This document shows positions 27,985-41,135 of a DNA stretch of 64,000 bases, piece by piece. The first letter of the stretch is position 1, and each line of letters begins with the position of its first letter. Source of the DNA: the human T2T-CHM13v2.0 reference genome, Homo sapiens; the NCBI RefSeq assembly GCF_009914755.1, contig NC_060943.1. One strand, given 5' to 3'. Both the position numbers and the translations under genes were made by a program. Below the pieces are notes generated by a model. That model was not told the DNA's origin, did not search any database, and saw only the letters and a list, made by a program, of their open reading frames with translations.

Positions 27985-28438
27985 CTGACCAATGAGAAGG
28001 GGGAATTGGTTCATGCAATTATGGAGGCCAAGAAGTTCTTTTACAGGTTATCTCCAAGTTGGAGAATCAGGGAAGCTGGTAGCATGGCTCAGTTCAAGTC
28101 CTAAAGCCTGAGAACCTGGGAGTTGATGGTGCACATCCTACAGTCTAAAAGCAGGAGAGCCTGGAGGTCTGATGCCCAAGAGCAGGAGAAGATAGGTGTC
28201 TAAACTCCAGAAGAGAGAGAGGGCAAATTTGCTGTTTCTTTTTGCTTGATCAGGTCTTCAGCTGATTGATGGAGTCTACCCTAACTGAGTGAGAGTGGAT
28301 CTTCCTTACTCAGTCCACTGATTCAAATGCCAATCTATTCCAGAAACACCTTCACGGATATACCCAGAAGTAATGGTCTACCAGCTATTTGGGTATCCCT
28401 TAACCCAGTCAAATGGGCACCTAAAATTAGCCATCACA
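27666..28438 (-). mobile_element. MLT2A/B ERVL LTR
   Basis: Starts 'tgtattattcagggttctccagaaaagcagaac' and ends 'acctaaaattagccatcaca'. Confidence 0.88.
27705..27985. repeat. Compound (GATA)n tetranucleotide repeat
   Basis: Two pure GATA blocks flanking degenerate gata/gaca/ggat units. Confidence 0.97.
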
Positions 28439-28514
28439 GCCACTGAGTCTGGGGACTGTTTTTTTTAAACCAACTTTTGCAGCTAACCAATACAGGTATC
28501 TATTTATTTAACAG

Positions 28515-29164
28515 TGTAGTATCATTCCCTCGCCACATAACAGACTGTCATCATCTCAGTGACTCAGAACAGCACATGTTTTCCATGGGTCAGGTGTCCA
28601 GCACGGCTTAGCTAGACCCTTTGCTCAGAGTCTCATAAGGCTGCAATCAAGGTAGGAGCTGGGCTGTGTTTCTATCTGGACTTTTGAGTTGGGAAATAAT
28701 ACACTGCTAAGCTGAATCAGGTTGTTGGCAGAACTCATTCCCTTATGGCTGTTTTGCCAAAGTCTTGTTGTTGTTGTTGTTGTTGTTTGTTTGTTTGTTT
28801 TGTAAGCCGTAGACCAAGAACCAGTCTCAGATCCTAGAAGTTGCCCTCAGGTCCTTGCCATATGGCCTCCTCTGTAAAGCCACATCTCACAACAAGGCAG
28901 CCTACTTTTTCAAAGCCAGAGAGAGAGAGAGCATGCTTACCTCTGTTGAAGACTCTCTGCCAGTTAGGACCTCCTGATTAGGTCAAGATAATCTCTTGAT
29001 TTATTCAAACTCCACTGATTAGGAGCTGTAATTACATCTGCAAAACCCTTTCATCTTTGCCAAAGATTCTATTGATTAGAAGAAAGTTACACTTTCCAAC
29101 CATAGTCAAAAAACAGGGATTATATAATTTCATTGGGGGTCATCTTAGAATTCTGCCTACCACA
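28515..29164 (-). mobile_element. MLT1E-like MaLR LTR
   Basis: 'cacggcttagctagaccc...aaggctgcaatcaaggt', ending 'cttagaattctgcctaccaca'. Confidence 0.8.
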
Positions 29165-29490
29165 ATCTTGTATTTAATATGCTTAATTATATTAATATGT
29201 TAATGTAATATTTGCATGTTAAATCACTTTGCATTCCTAGAACAAATTATGTTTGGTTATAATTTATAATTCCTTTAAAGTCCTGCTAGTTTTTTTCCAT
29301 GGGTAATTTCATTTGTACTTTTGTTCTCCTATTCAAATAAGAGATTGATCTGGAGTTTCTTTGCCATTCTGGTGGGTTTGATAGCAAAAAGTGAAACTAA
29401 CTTCATAAAACACATTTGGAAGTCTACTGTATCTGTCAGTGTTCAGTCAGGGAAACAGAACCACCTCAAATATCCTGACAATAAGAATGA

Positions 29491-29910
29491 CTTGTAGCTG
29501 CCTTCTTGTCTTTGGTTTCACAGGGGGTGTGTTAGGGAGGTATTTTTGGTGTTGAAACTTTGGGATGTAATCTAGTGGGTAGTGCTCAGGTGTATTGGTC
29601 AGCTAATAGGCTCTTGCTCAGTCATGTGGCTCCACTATATTTCCTCATAGTTGAAGCCATGCTCCCTCTCAATGCTCTGAAAGTGTGGGCTCCTCTCCCA
29701 CTTCAGTGCTGGCTGTAGATAGTGGCATGACACTCCTGGGCTGCCCACTTCAGCTCTGGGGTGATCTCAGGGTTTATGGTTCTTCTCCACCTTGGAGGCA
29801 GCAAAGGAAGGGATCTTAATAGTGGTTGTGACCAAGGGTCTTTGCGTGTCTCCTGAGGACTTCACCCCAGAGAGATGCAGGTAAGCGATTGCTCAGTGCA
29901 ATCATCCCGG
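29491..29910 (-). mobile_element. Probable inverted L1 5'-UTR segment (L1P4/L1PA15-16-like)
   Basis: Lies between the left TSD and the sense L1 3' end; resembles old primate L1 5' UTR in antisense (from recall). Confidence 0.5.
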
Positions 29911-30670
29911 ATAATCATTAGAGAAATGCAAATCAAAACCACAATGAGATACCATCTCACGCCAGTCAGAATGGATATTACTAAAAAGCCAAAAAAGTAA
30001 CAGATGCTGGTGAGGATGAGGAGAAAAAGAAATGCTTATACACTGTCAGTGGAAGTGCAAATTAGTTCAACCATTGTGGAAAGCAGTATGGTGATTCCTC
30101 AAAGAGCTAAAAACAGAACTGCCATTCAACCCGGAAATCCCATTACTGGGTATGTAACCAAAGGAATAGAAATCATTCTACCACAAAGACACACGCATGT
30201 GAATGTTCTTTGCAGCACTATTCACAATAGCAAAGACAAGGAATCAACCTAAATGCCCATCAATGGTAGACTGGATAAAGAAAATGTGGTACATATGCAT
30301 CATGTAATACTATGCAGCCATACAAAGAATGAGATCATGTCCTTTGCAGAAAAATGGATGGAGCTGGAGGCCATTATCCTTAGCAAACTAACACAGGAAC
30401 TGGAAACCAAATACTGCATGTTCTCACTTATAAGTGGGAGCTAAATGATGAGAACACATGGACAAATAGAGGGAAACAACACCCACTGGGTCTTACTTGA
30501 TGGTGGAGAGTGGGAGGAGGAAGAGGATCAGGAAAAATAGCTACTGGGTACTAGGCTTAATAGTGAGGGGAGGAAATAATCTGTACAACAAACCCCCATG
30601 ACACAAGTTTACCTATATAACAAACCTGCACATGTACCCCAAACCTAAAATAAAAGTTAAAAAAAAAAAG
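29911..30670 (+). mobile_element. L1PA13-16-type 3' end with poly(A)
   Basis: ORF2 C-terminal remnant (EIMSFAEKWMELEAIILSKL...CMFSLISGS); 3' UTR 'ataatctgtacaacaaacccccatgacacaagtttacc'. Confidence 0.93.
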
Positions 30671-31624
30671 AATGAGCGTTTACATGGACAGGAAAAGATC
30701 TAGTAATGTAAAGGGTGAGGAGGAGTGGGGAAAGTTGGAGGATCAGGGAAGCCTTTGTTGACCTCTTGAGCCCGGCTGCCTGGCTGGATGAGCCTGAGCT
30801 TGTGGGGAAATCTGAAAAGCACACACACCCAGTCACTGAAGTGGGACCCTGCAGGGGGAGCTCATTGCAGTGGACCCACAGTGGAAACTGTTCCCTCTGT
30901 AGGAACCACTGCCTCTGCAGACCTACAGCTAAGCACTTGGGGGCAGTCTTGGCGGTGCTATGGGAAGATGAGCTGGCCATAGAGCAAGAGCAAGGTGAGG
31001 CCATGCTGGGGCCCAACAGGCAGCTCAGCATCTATCTGTCAGCGTGTCTGCCCACACCAACCTCTGATAATGACCTCTGCCTCCTTCCCACCCTGGGAAG
31101 CTCACATCAATTCCTCCTTGGTCATTCTGGGAAATATCATTTGGGGCCTTAGACAAGAACTGTAGTGCCAAGTTGACAAGGCACAAGTCAGTCCTACCTG
31201 TCATGTTCTTATGTCTGAGATGATCCAGGCAGCATGGGAAGATATATTCCTTGAAAGACTGAAAGGGCTTGCCTATAAAGTTTTGGATGCTGGACAGGAT
31301 CACCAAGAGGCAAGAAGTGGGAAACACATAGGAGGCAGCTCACAGGGCAAGCAGGGAGAGGGAGGATTCCAGACAATCATAACTCTCCACCTGTACCAGG
31401 GAGTGCTGACTGGAGCTGAGTGATCCCCACAGAGGTGGAATCACTCCTTGGAGCAAAGGACAAGTAGGTCCACACTCAGAGAGTGCATGGAACGGGAAAA
31501 GCTGCTTTCCTTCACCATTTTTACAGTATTAGGCTTTCTTTGTCAACTATTAAGCTTTTCCTTTTTGCTTGGTTTGAGGTTTTGACTAAAGGCAAAGAAA
31601 ATTGTCTTTAATAGAAAAGTTGAT

Positions 31625-31870
31625 TGAGAGGCTAAGGCAGGAAGATAGCTTGAGGCCAGGACTTCGAGACCAGCCAGGGAAACATAGCAAGACCCTTTCT
31701 CTAAAAAATAATAAAATAAAATAACCAGGTATGGTGGTATGTGCCTGTGATCCCAGCTACTCAGGAAGCTGTGGCAGGAGGATTGCTTGAGGCCAGGAGG
31801 TCAAGGCTGCAGTGAGCTGTGATTGTGCTATTGAACTCCAGCCTAGGCAACAGAGTGAGACCATGTCTCT

Positions 31871-31905
<35 letters not shown>
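31625..31905 (+). mobile_element. AluJ, slightly 5'-truncated
   Basis: 'ggaggattgcttgaggccaggaggtcaaggctgcagtgagctgtgat'; A/(GAAAA)n tail. Confidence 0.93.
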
Positions 31906-32134
31906 GATGACCTCATTGACTTTAATTGCCATTTTGTTTTTGTTTCAGTCAGTTTATTAAGTAATATGCCACTCTTTCACTGGGTTCTTTGTATCATGTC
32001 TTATGCTCTCTGAATTATCTTTTCTTCAAATGTTTTTGCTTTAATTATTTTAATTTACACAACAGACAACAATTCTAGCAGTAGTTTTCTTTAAATTTAG
32101 AGAAACAAAGGTTTAAGTGGTATTAACTGCTTCA

Positions 32135-33330
32135 AAAAATAGCTCTTGCTTCATAGTTATTTTAAATTCCCTGTCTGATAATACCAACATCTTTGCCATT
32201 TCTGAATCTATTTCTAACACTTGTTTTATCTCTTCAGACTGTGTTTTATCTTTCTTTTTAGTGGGACTTGTGATGTTTTGTTGAAAGTCAGATATGTATG
32301 GGGCAATAGAAACTGTGGTAAATCAGCCTTTAATGTGGGGATTTATGTTAATCTGAGTAGGAGTTGGGCTGTGTTTAATGTTTGCTGCAGCTGTAAATAA
32401 CAGAAGCTTCCAGTTCCTCTAGTGTGCTTGTTTTGATCTCACCTCTTGACTTTGGACTTCCCTATGGACTCCACCTCAGAGAGTCTGCAACATGCAACAT
32501 TTTCCGTTGTTATCCAGTGTTACGATAAAGTGTGATGGTAACATGTTGTGGCAGGGGACCATTCTATAATCTGATCAAATCTCAGTATTTTGGTGGCCTT
32601 GCTTCTCGGGGTTGTGACCTTTGCAAGTGTTGCTCCACTTCTAGAATGAATAAAACAGTGGTACAGTTTTCCCCTCCACCCCCTACTCCCTTTCCTGGCT
32701 TCAGTATTCCCAAACCATTTCCTTGAAGCCCAGATCCCAGATCCTGGCTGACAGTGTTCCAACCTCTACCCTTTTTTAGGTACCATAGGAAGGCTGGAGG
32801 GGCCTGAAGTGGCAGACCCTTTCTCTGCCTGGGATCAAGCTTCAGAATGGTGCTCTGGATACATCCTTTTCCCTGGAGAGAAACTCTTCGAACTGGAGAA
32901 GGCTCTAGGTGTATGTCATAATGATTAGTCCTGGTAAGAGCCATGAGGAAATCTCACCATGAGAACTTGTTGGGGTTTCTGGAAACTCACAGAGCTGTGG
33001 GGTTCTTCCTAAGACTTCAGCCCCTGGAGTTGCTCATTCTCACACCAGTCCACTTTCAACCTCCAGCAAATCACCAAAGCAGTCATCTAATGATCCTGCC
33101 AGTTTATGCCTCCTATGGCTTCAGCTCCAGGCAAGCAAATTTTTGTTGCCATGTCTGTCCAGATACCCCTGTCTTTCCAGGTCTCAGCGTGGCTTTGCCC
33201 TGCCACCTCATCAATGGGTCAAAGAAAAGTCCTTTCTTTTCAGTTTGTCCAACTTTCTGTTCTTGTTGGGACAAAAACGTTGACTTCCAAGCTCTTTTCT
33301 TGTTGGAGCTGAAACTGGAAGTCCTCATTA
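32135..33330 (-). mobile_element. Old L1 5' region (L1MC/L1MD-type), antisense
   Basis: 'tagttattttaaattccctgtctgataataccaacatc' parallels the L1 segment near 11670-11720. Confidence 0.65.
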
Positions 33331-34059
33331 CCCTTTAAGATAGACACAAAAAGGAATCTTATATAGATTATTTTGACTAATAAAATGCAGATCCAACTGC
33401 CCATTGAACATGTTGTAATCGGTATCTCTGGGTTCCCTGTGTCAATGTTAAGTACATCTTTGTAAGTGTGTTATTTTTTAGAATGGAAAGAGATGCCAAT
33501 CAGGGCCTAGGGGGAAACACTGAAAGCTTTGGCATAGGCCATGCCTATTACAGTGTGAATTCTGGGCACCTTCTCCTTTGTCTACTCTTATGCATCATCA
33601 AGCGAGACTTCATGGCTTCCTTAAAAAAAAAGAGAGAGAAAGGGTTATTAGTGGGATCACAGAACAAAGACACTCTAGTTCATGCATCTCATGTGCCTGG
33701 GAAAGACCCAGCAAGATAAAGAGACACATGCAAAGGGAAATGTCAGAATTTTAAAATAAGCAATAAATCATTAAAAATAATAGTTATTTTTCAGAAACAA
33801 TTATGAAAAACATAAACATAGAAATAAACCAAAACAAGAACTGAGATGCAAAATTGCACAATGGCCTGTTGAGTTAAGAAGTGAAGGTCAGGGAGACCCC
33901 ATGATCTCAGAGCAGCCTATGTGTAGCATGCCTTGGCATTCAGGTCAGGCTTCCCCAAGACAAGCTAGGCGTTTGCCTAACATGGCAAGACTGGAGAGAG
34001 TATAAGGAGGAAGGAAGTAACACTGATTAAACATCTGCTGTCCCACATTTCTCTCACTC

Positions 34060-35030
34060 ATCCGTTTGCTCATTTGAATGAATTATTAAGGTCATGCTAC
34101 ATGCCATGTACTGTTCTTGGTGCTGCTGATAGACAAATTAGTGTGACCTGGTGCATTCTCTTGCGAAGCTTATCATTCAGTGTGGAAGACAGACAGGTGG
34201 CCAGGTAACAACATTCCAGGGAGATACGTGCTAAAGGAGAAGTCTGCAGATATTTTCTTGGAATGCCCTTGGAGGAGTCTGAGCCTGCCAGGGTTGGGGC
34301 AGGGGATGCCAGGCAGAGGATTCCAGGCATAGCATCCTATACCAGGCACATGAGATGCAAGGGAAGAGAGTGAGCATGGGGACCAAGAGTGAAGAGTAAA
34401 CCAGGCAAGGGAAGGGCCTGTGTGAAGCTCCAAGGCCCAGGGTGCAGGGGAGCATGACTTACTTGAGAATTGTTGGGTTCAACATGGATACCACTTAGGC
34501 AGCTGCTGGTAGGTCAGGATAATGCCTTCATCCCCGGACAATGGGAGCTATGAGAGGTTTCAGCAGGACAGCCTCATGGTCAGGTTTATGCTTCAAGGAG
34601 ACCATAGTGACAATTATATATGAAATGGATTGGGTATATAAGACTGGTAGCACAGAGATCAGTTGACAACCCCAGGCAGAAGTGAGAGAGGCTCAAAATA
34701 AGGATTAGTAGTGGAGAAGGAAAGAAATTAAAGGGTTGAATACATATCGAGAAGGTAAAATGGCAGCACTTAATGGCCAATTTGATTGGGGACATGGGGG
34801 AAAGGAGCTCAAGTGCATGACCCAGGTCCAGATTGTAAGGAATGGAGTGATGGGTGGTTCTATGTATGAGGAGCAAGGAGGAACTTTGTATGAAGAGCAA
34901 GGCATTTTTGAGGGGATAGGGAAGATGATGACTACAGTTTTGAGTGTGTTGATGAGGCTTCCAGTTGGATGTATCCAAATTTGGAATTGAGGAGAGATCT
35001 AAACTTGGAAGCTGTCATAACCTAGATGAA
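34060..35030 (-). mobile_element. L2
   Basis: 'ctacatgccatgtactgttcttggtgctg...agcttatcattcagtgtggaagacagac', 'gagatcagttgacaac'. Confidence 0.8.
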
Positions 35031-35309
35031 GGGATTTGAAGCAGACCCTGTCATTGCCCCACCAATACTCCCTGGCCCACCCAGAAGTTGCTCACATGTG
35101 GCTGCCATTCAGACCTGTGGCTTTCTGTGTCTCTCTGCCTGAGACATTCTCTGGTTTTGGCACTGCCTGGCACCAGCTAGTAAGAGACAGAACGTTCTGG
35201 GAGGTGACCCCTCAGGAACAACCTTCAGTTGTTGAGGGAGGGACACTGTTAGATAAATACCCATTTTCTGGCCCCTTGGGGAGCCCATCTGTGTGCATTC
35301 CACGCCATT

Positions 35310-35433
35310 GTTCCTCAAAGCTGAGCCCAACCATTTCCCCTGGAAAGACTGCTAAAACTCAGATTCCCAGGCCTTCTCCGGAGACTCTGAGTTATTAGGC
35401 CTGGTTGGGAGGGGAATAAGATTTGCATTTCTA
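35310..35433 (+). mobile_element. MER5A 5' part
   Basis: 'ctcagattcccaggcc...gactctgag...atttgcatttcta', continuing as 'acaac' after the L1. Confidence 0.7.
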
Positions 35434-36324
35434 TGCACATGAAAACCACAATGAGATATCCTCTCACCCTAGTGAGAATGGCTATTATTAAAAAGACAAA
35501 AAATAACAGATGCTGGTAAGAATGTAGAGAAAAGAGAACTCTTATACACTGTTGGTGGGAATGCAAATTAGTACAGCCACTATGGAAAACAGTATGGAGA
35601 TTTCTCAAAAAACTTAAAATAGAACTACCATTCAATTCAGCAATCCTACTACTGGGTATTTATCCAAAGGCAAATAAATCTGTGTATCAGAGAGATATCT
35701 GCACTCACATGTTTAGCCTAGCACTATTCACAATAGCGAAGACATCGAATCAACCTAAGTGTCCATCAATGGACCAATGGATAAAGAAAATGTGGTATAC
35801 ATACACAATAGAATACTTTTCAGGCAAAGAAATAAAAACAAAAGAATGAAGTCTTGTTATTTGCAGCAACATGGATGGAACTGGAGGTCATTACATTAAG
35901 TGAAATAAGCCAGGTACAGAAAGATAAATACCACATGCTCTCACTCATATGTAAGAGGTAAAGAAATTTATCTCATAGAGATAGAGAATAAAATGATAGA
36001 TACCAGAGGCTGGTTGGGTGTGAGGGTGGGAGGAGGAAATGAAGAGATGTTGGTAAATGGATACTAACATATGGCTGGATAGAAGAAAAAAGTGCTAACT
36101 ATCAATGCTAGGCTAGGGTGACAGTCCTTAGCAAAAATATATTGTTTATTTCAACATAGCCAGAGGAGAGGACTTGAAATGTTCCCAACACATAGCTACT
36201 GAAGGTGATGGATACCCCAAATACCATTATTTGATCTTTACACATTACATGCATGTAACAAATACTCACATGTATCCCATAAACATGTAAAATATTATGT
36301 ATCAAGAAAAGGATTTTTTAAAAA
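35434..36324 (+). mobile_element. 5'-truncated L1MA (about L1MA4-5)
   Basis: ORF2 end and 3' UTR. Perfect 13-bp TSD atttgcatttcta at 35421-35433 and 36325-36337. Confidence 0.92.
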
Positions 36325-36714
36325 ATTTGCATTTCTAACAACCTCTATTTTGCGATATCTCTCAGCACAAACCCAAGGGGTCCTTCCCAGTTTGCAGGAG
36401 AGGTAACCCCTGTTTAACACTCACTTCATTGACTTTCTGTCTTTCCTATCTCCCCTCCCTCTTATCTGGCTTCTTGGCATCACACTCCAAATGAACTATA
36501 GGCACCCAAATCCTTGTCTGAGGTCTGCTTTGGGCAAATCCTAAATATGATAGCCACTGAGGCCCCTGTCTTATGTATAATAAGGGGATGCTTGGGGAAA
36601 CTATCTCAGAATTGTCATCCAAGTTGGGACACATGGGCATGCATGAGGGACACTCAAGGTAACACGGCAGCTTGGGGATTGTGCCTGATTCCTGTTCCCC
36701 TCTTAGAAATATTT

Positions 36715-36880
36715 CTATCACAGCACTATTCACAGTGGCAAAGATATGGAATCAACCTAAGTGTTCATCAATGGATGAACGGATAAAAGAAAAGGTGGTG
36801 GATATACACAATGGAGTAGTATGCAGCCATAAAAAAGAATGACATCTTGTCATTTGCAGTAACATGATGGCACTGGAAAT
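36715..36880 (+). mobile_element. Short L1 ORF2 3' fragment
   Basis: 'cagcactattcacagtggcaaagatatggaatcaacctaagtg'. Confidence 0.8.
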
Positions 36881-36940
36881 AGGATATTCACAGAGAGAGG
36901 GACAGACATTTCAACAGGCTTAGAAGCCTGGCTTACTGAC

Positions 36941-37304
36941 TGATATGGTTTAGCAGTGTCCCCACTCAAATCTCATCTCGAATTGTAGCTTCCATAATTC
37001 CCATGTGTTGTGGGAGATACCTGGTGGGAGATAATTGAATCACGGGGGTGGGTCTTTCCTATGCTATTCTCATGACAGTGAATAAGCCTCACTAGATCTG
37101 ATGGTTTTATAAACGGGAGTTCCCCTGCATATGCTCTCTTGCCTGCCACCATGTAAGATGTGCCTTTGCTCCTCCTTCACCTTCCACCATGATTGTGAGA
37201 CCTCCCCAGCCATGTGGAATGGTGAGTCCATTAAACCTCTTTCTTTTATAAATTACCCAGTCTTGGGTATGTCTTTATTAGCAGCATGAGAATGAACTAA
37301 TACA
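36941..37304 (+). mobile_element. THE1 solo LTR
   Basis: 'tgatatggttt...' to '...actaataca'; 5-bp TSD ctgac/ctgat. Confidence 0.93.
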
Positions 37305-37744
37305 CTGATCCATGATATTAAGGTCTGTGGGAGGAAGTCTCAACAACCATGTGGAGATGGGGCCCAGTTCTGTCTCCATTCACTGTACTTCCTGCTCAGT
37401 AAGGAAGCATTAGTTATTGTTGTTGTTGTGTAGCTTTTGAGACATTAATAAAGCTCAGTTATTGTTATTGTTATTGTTGTTGCTGTTGCTGCAGCAATAA
37501 TATTCTGTTATTATAGAAGCTTCAGGGAGTCAGTGTTAGTTATTATCATTGTCATTGTTGACATCATTCTATTAGGCCCTCAAGGAGTCTACTCCTTGAG
37601 GAGTGGTGCAAAATTCTATACCTTTTTTTGAGGAGAAGGTCTACAACTTTTATCAGATTTTTCAAGAAACCTCCTAAGAGATAACCTTTGATTTAGAGGG
37701 TAGTTTAAGTCCATGAGAATCAGTGAGATTGAATAGAGAAAAAC

Positions 37745-38444
<700 letters not shown>

Positions 38445-38913
38445 TCAAGTTCACAGTCTGGAGGCAGCAACACACAATGGTGAGCAAGGAGAGGTGGTGG
38501 TGTGGATGGCAGAGGGAGGCATGTTCATAAAAGAAGAAAACTGCCAACGGTGGCGAGCTCTCTAGAGAAACAGGCAAGGATGAAAGCAGACCATGCTCAA
38601 GGCATTTCAGGAGGATGGCGAAGTCAGGAGGCATCCCAGGATGACCCAGGCACTGTAGGGCGTGACTGAGAAGAAAGACAGCCCCAACAGAAGATGCCAA
38701 CAACTCTTTCAGCGAGAGGGTTTGAGGAGACTCTGCAGCTAAAGGAGGGAGGTGGGATGGTGGGGAGGGGGAATAGTTTTCAAATGATGGAAATAAAAAC
38801 AACAGTGGACCAGAATGTTCACAAAAGACATAACATCTCTTCATCTCTGCTTTAAATATGGAAAATGAGTCTCAAGGGTGTAAAAAAAAAATGTTCAGTT
38901 TCACTTAACCCAT

Positions 38914-39277
38914 TGATATGGTTTGACTGTGTCCCCACCCAAATCTCATATTGAACTGTAGCTCTCATAATTCCCATGTGTTGTGTGGGAGGGACCTAGT
39001 GGGGGATAATTGAATAATGGGGGCAGTTTCCCCCATACTGTTTTCGTGGTAGTGAATAAACCTCATGAAATCTCATTGTTTAATAAGGGGTCTCCCCCTT
39101 TCACTTCGTTCTCACTTCTCTCTTCCCTGCCACCATGTAAGACATGACTTCCACCTTCTGCCATGATTGAGACCTCTGTAGTCAAGTGGAATTGTGAACC
39201 CATTAAACCTCTTTTTCTTTATAAATTACCCAGTCTCAGGTATGTCTTTATCAGCAGCATGAAAACGGACTCATACA
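38914..39277 (+). mobile_element. THE1 solo LTR
   Basis: 'tgatatggtttgactgtgtccccacccaaatctc' to 'ggactcataca'; TSD cccat/cccac. Confidence 0.93.
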
Positions 39278-40934
39278 CCCACTAACCACAGAACTGGAAG
39301 CTGGCTTCGGTCTGTCTCTCTTTGGAGTAAGCTGTCCATGGCATAATATTTCTTAATAGTGTTTGTAGTCACAAATATCCATCTTTCCATGGCTACCATG
39401 CTAGATCAAATTCTTCCATAGGGTTCCTTGCCACCGTTTCATTACAGCTCTTTCTCAAGATCACTTTTCAGGGTGCAAGGACCCCAGGAAGGCGTCATTG
39501 TAATCAAAATGTGTGGATGGGTCTGGCATCAGATGTCTCCCTCTGACCTAAGGCAGGAAGCTGAAGGCACTGGGCACCTGGGGTAAAGCAGAGGAAGGGC
39601 CCAGAAAGTGGACTAGACAGACAGCCACCAAAGATGCAGTGCCACTGGAGTTTTACCTCAATGGGACTTGCAGTAATGACACCCACGTCTTGTTTCCTTC
39701 TTTTGTCGTTTGATGTCTTGGTGAAGTTGGGTCAGTGCTATGCTAGTAGCCTTCTCCAGAGGTCAGGGGACCTGCCAGGACAGGAATAGGGAGTGAGTTC
39801 TAGGTCCAGGCAAAGCCATACAGTGGGCTGGGCTGTGACCTGCACGTCCATCTGTGGCTCACCTAGGGAGAGCAGCTGTGGTTCATGCGTGAATGGGAAT
39901 ATTGCAGTCCTCACATCTTGCAGAAGATGCTGCAGAAGTCCATCCTCTGCTTGTTCTCCATGCTGATTCGGGCTAGAAAGAGCTTGGTCACCAAGACATG
40001 GGAAGATCATGCAAGAGCGTAAAACAGAAGGATCACAAGGCTACAAGCAAAAACAAAGCCAAAATTTGACCACAGCAGAAAATCAGCTGCTAAACGCTAA
40101 GAAAGGCTAGATCCTAATGTGTGCTCATTGTCTCTGGAAGAATATATCTCTTCCCTATTTGAGAACCCCCTGCCTCCCTGACTCTCTCCTACAATTAGGG
40201 AAGAAGTGATGGGGAGGACACAGACGCAAGACTGTAAACTGAGTAAATCCCTGATGCCACAGAGACAAGGTGGAAGGGAGGCACTGTGATGGCAAGGTGA
40301 CTTAGCAAGCCCAGAAGGCACCAGGCCGGCTTTATCCAGCAACAATCAACCTGGTATCTGCCACAAAAAAGTAGGAAAGAAAATCGGGACTTGATCCAAA
40401 TAAATCTATCAAGTATCAAGTTTGGCATGAATAAAAATGCACCTAGTGTATCATTGACTTTTGTATATCTGAACTCCAAACCTAACCAGCTGGAATACCC
40501 TATTTTAAGTAGCATCCCATTCGACCTTCCAAAAGGAAGGCAAGTTTTAGCAGGTTGGAAGTCAGTGCCTTAAACAGTATCTTCTTCTCTGGATGCAAAT
40601 GAGAGAAGTACTGATCTACTCCATGGAAGAAAAAAAAATCAGAACTAAGCCCCAAAAGCCAGAACTAAGCCCCAAAAGCAAAAAAAAAAAAAAAAAAAAA
40701 AAAGAAAGTAAAAAAAAGAAAAATCAGTGTGATGGTTTCACCATCTAAAGAGTTATTGGCAAGTTAGTGGTCCATGTCCTGTGACCACATCGGTTCTGCT
40801 TTACAAAGAATGCGTCAATCCTACAGTCTTCACAGCTAGGAAGTACCGGGTGGTTATAGACCATCAGAGCGCACATGAGCTTGAAGAGTGGACTTGGTTT
40901 CTGTCCAGGTTTTAGAGCTCATAATGAATGATGG

Positions 40935-41135
40935 TTGCCAATATGGGCTCAGACAGACCTGAGTCAGATTTCTACTCTGGGGCTTGGAGGCGCTCAGTAA
41001 CTTGCTCGGTACCCTCCCCTCCCACCACAGGACTGTGATTCTGCCCCGGCTTGCAGGACTTGGTTACAGACAGATGAGATAACAGCTGCAGACCTCTTGG
41101 CTCCGTGTCTCTTCCCTTGTAGGTGCTCAGTAGCT
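40935..41135 (+). mobile_element. MIR (diverged)
   Basis: 'tcagacagacctgagtcagatttc' and tail 'gtaggtgctcagta'. Confidence 0.55.

Larger units (their letters stand above)
27490..28494 (+). mobile_element. MLT1 (H/J-like) LTR split by an MLT2 insertion
   Basis: 'gatcagctgacctccagctgacccacagac...gttgtttaa' resumes after 28438 as 'gccactgagtctgggg...gcagctaaccaataca'. Confidence 0.7.
35048..36550 (+). mobile_element. LTR16-like ERVL LTR, split by MER5A and L1MA
   Basis: 5' half 35048-35310 ('gacccctcaggaacaacc...agataaatacc'); 3' half 36360-36550 ('ccaaatgaacta...caaatccttgtctgaggtctgctttggg'). Confidence 0.7.

Noticed and set aside
30715-31152. 145-aa ORF
   Set aside because: GTG start, no domain, and probably within an old LTR-like remnant.
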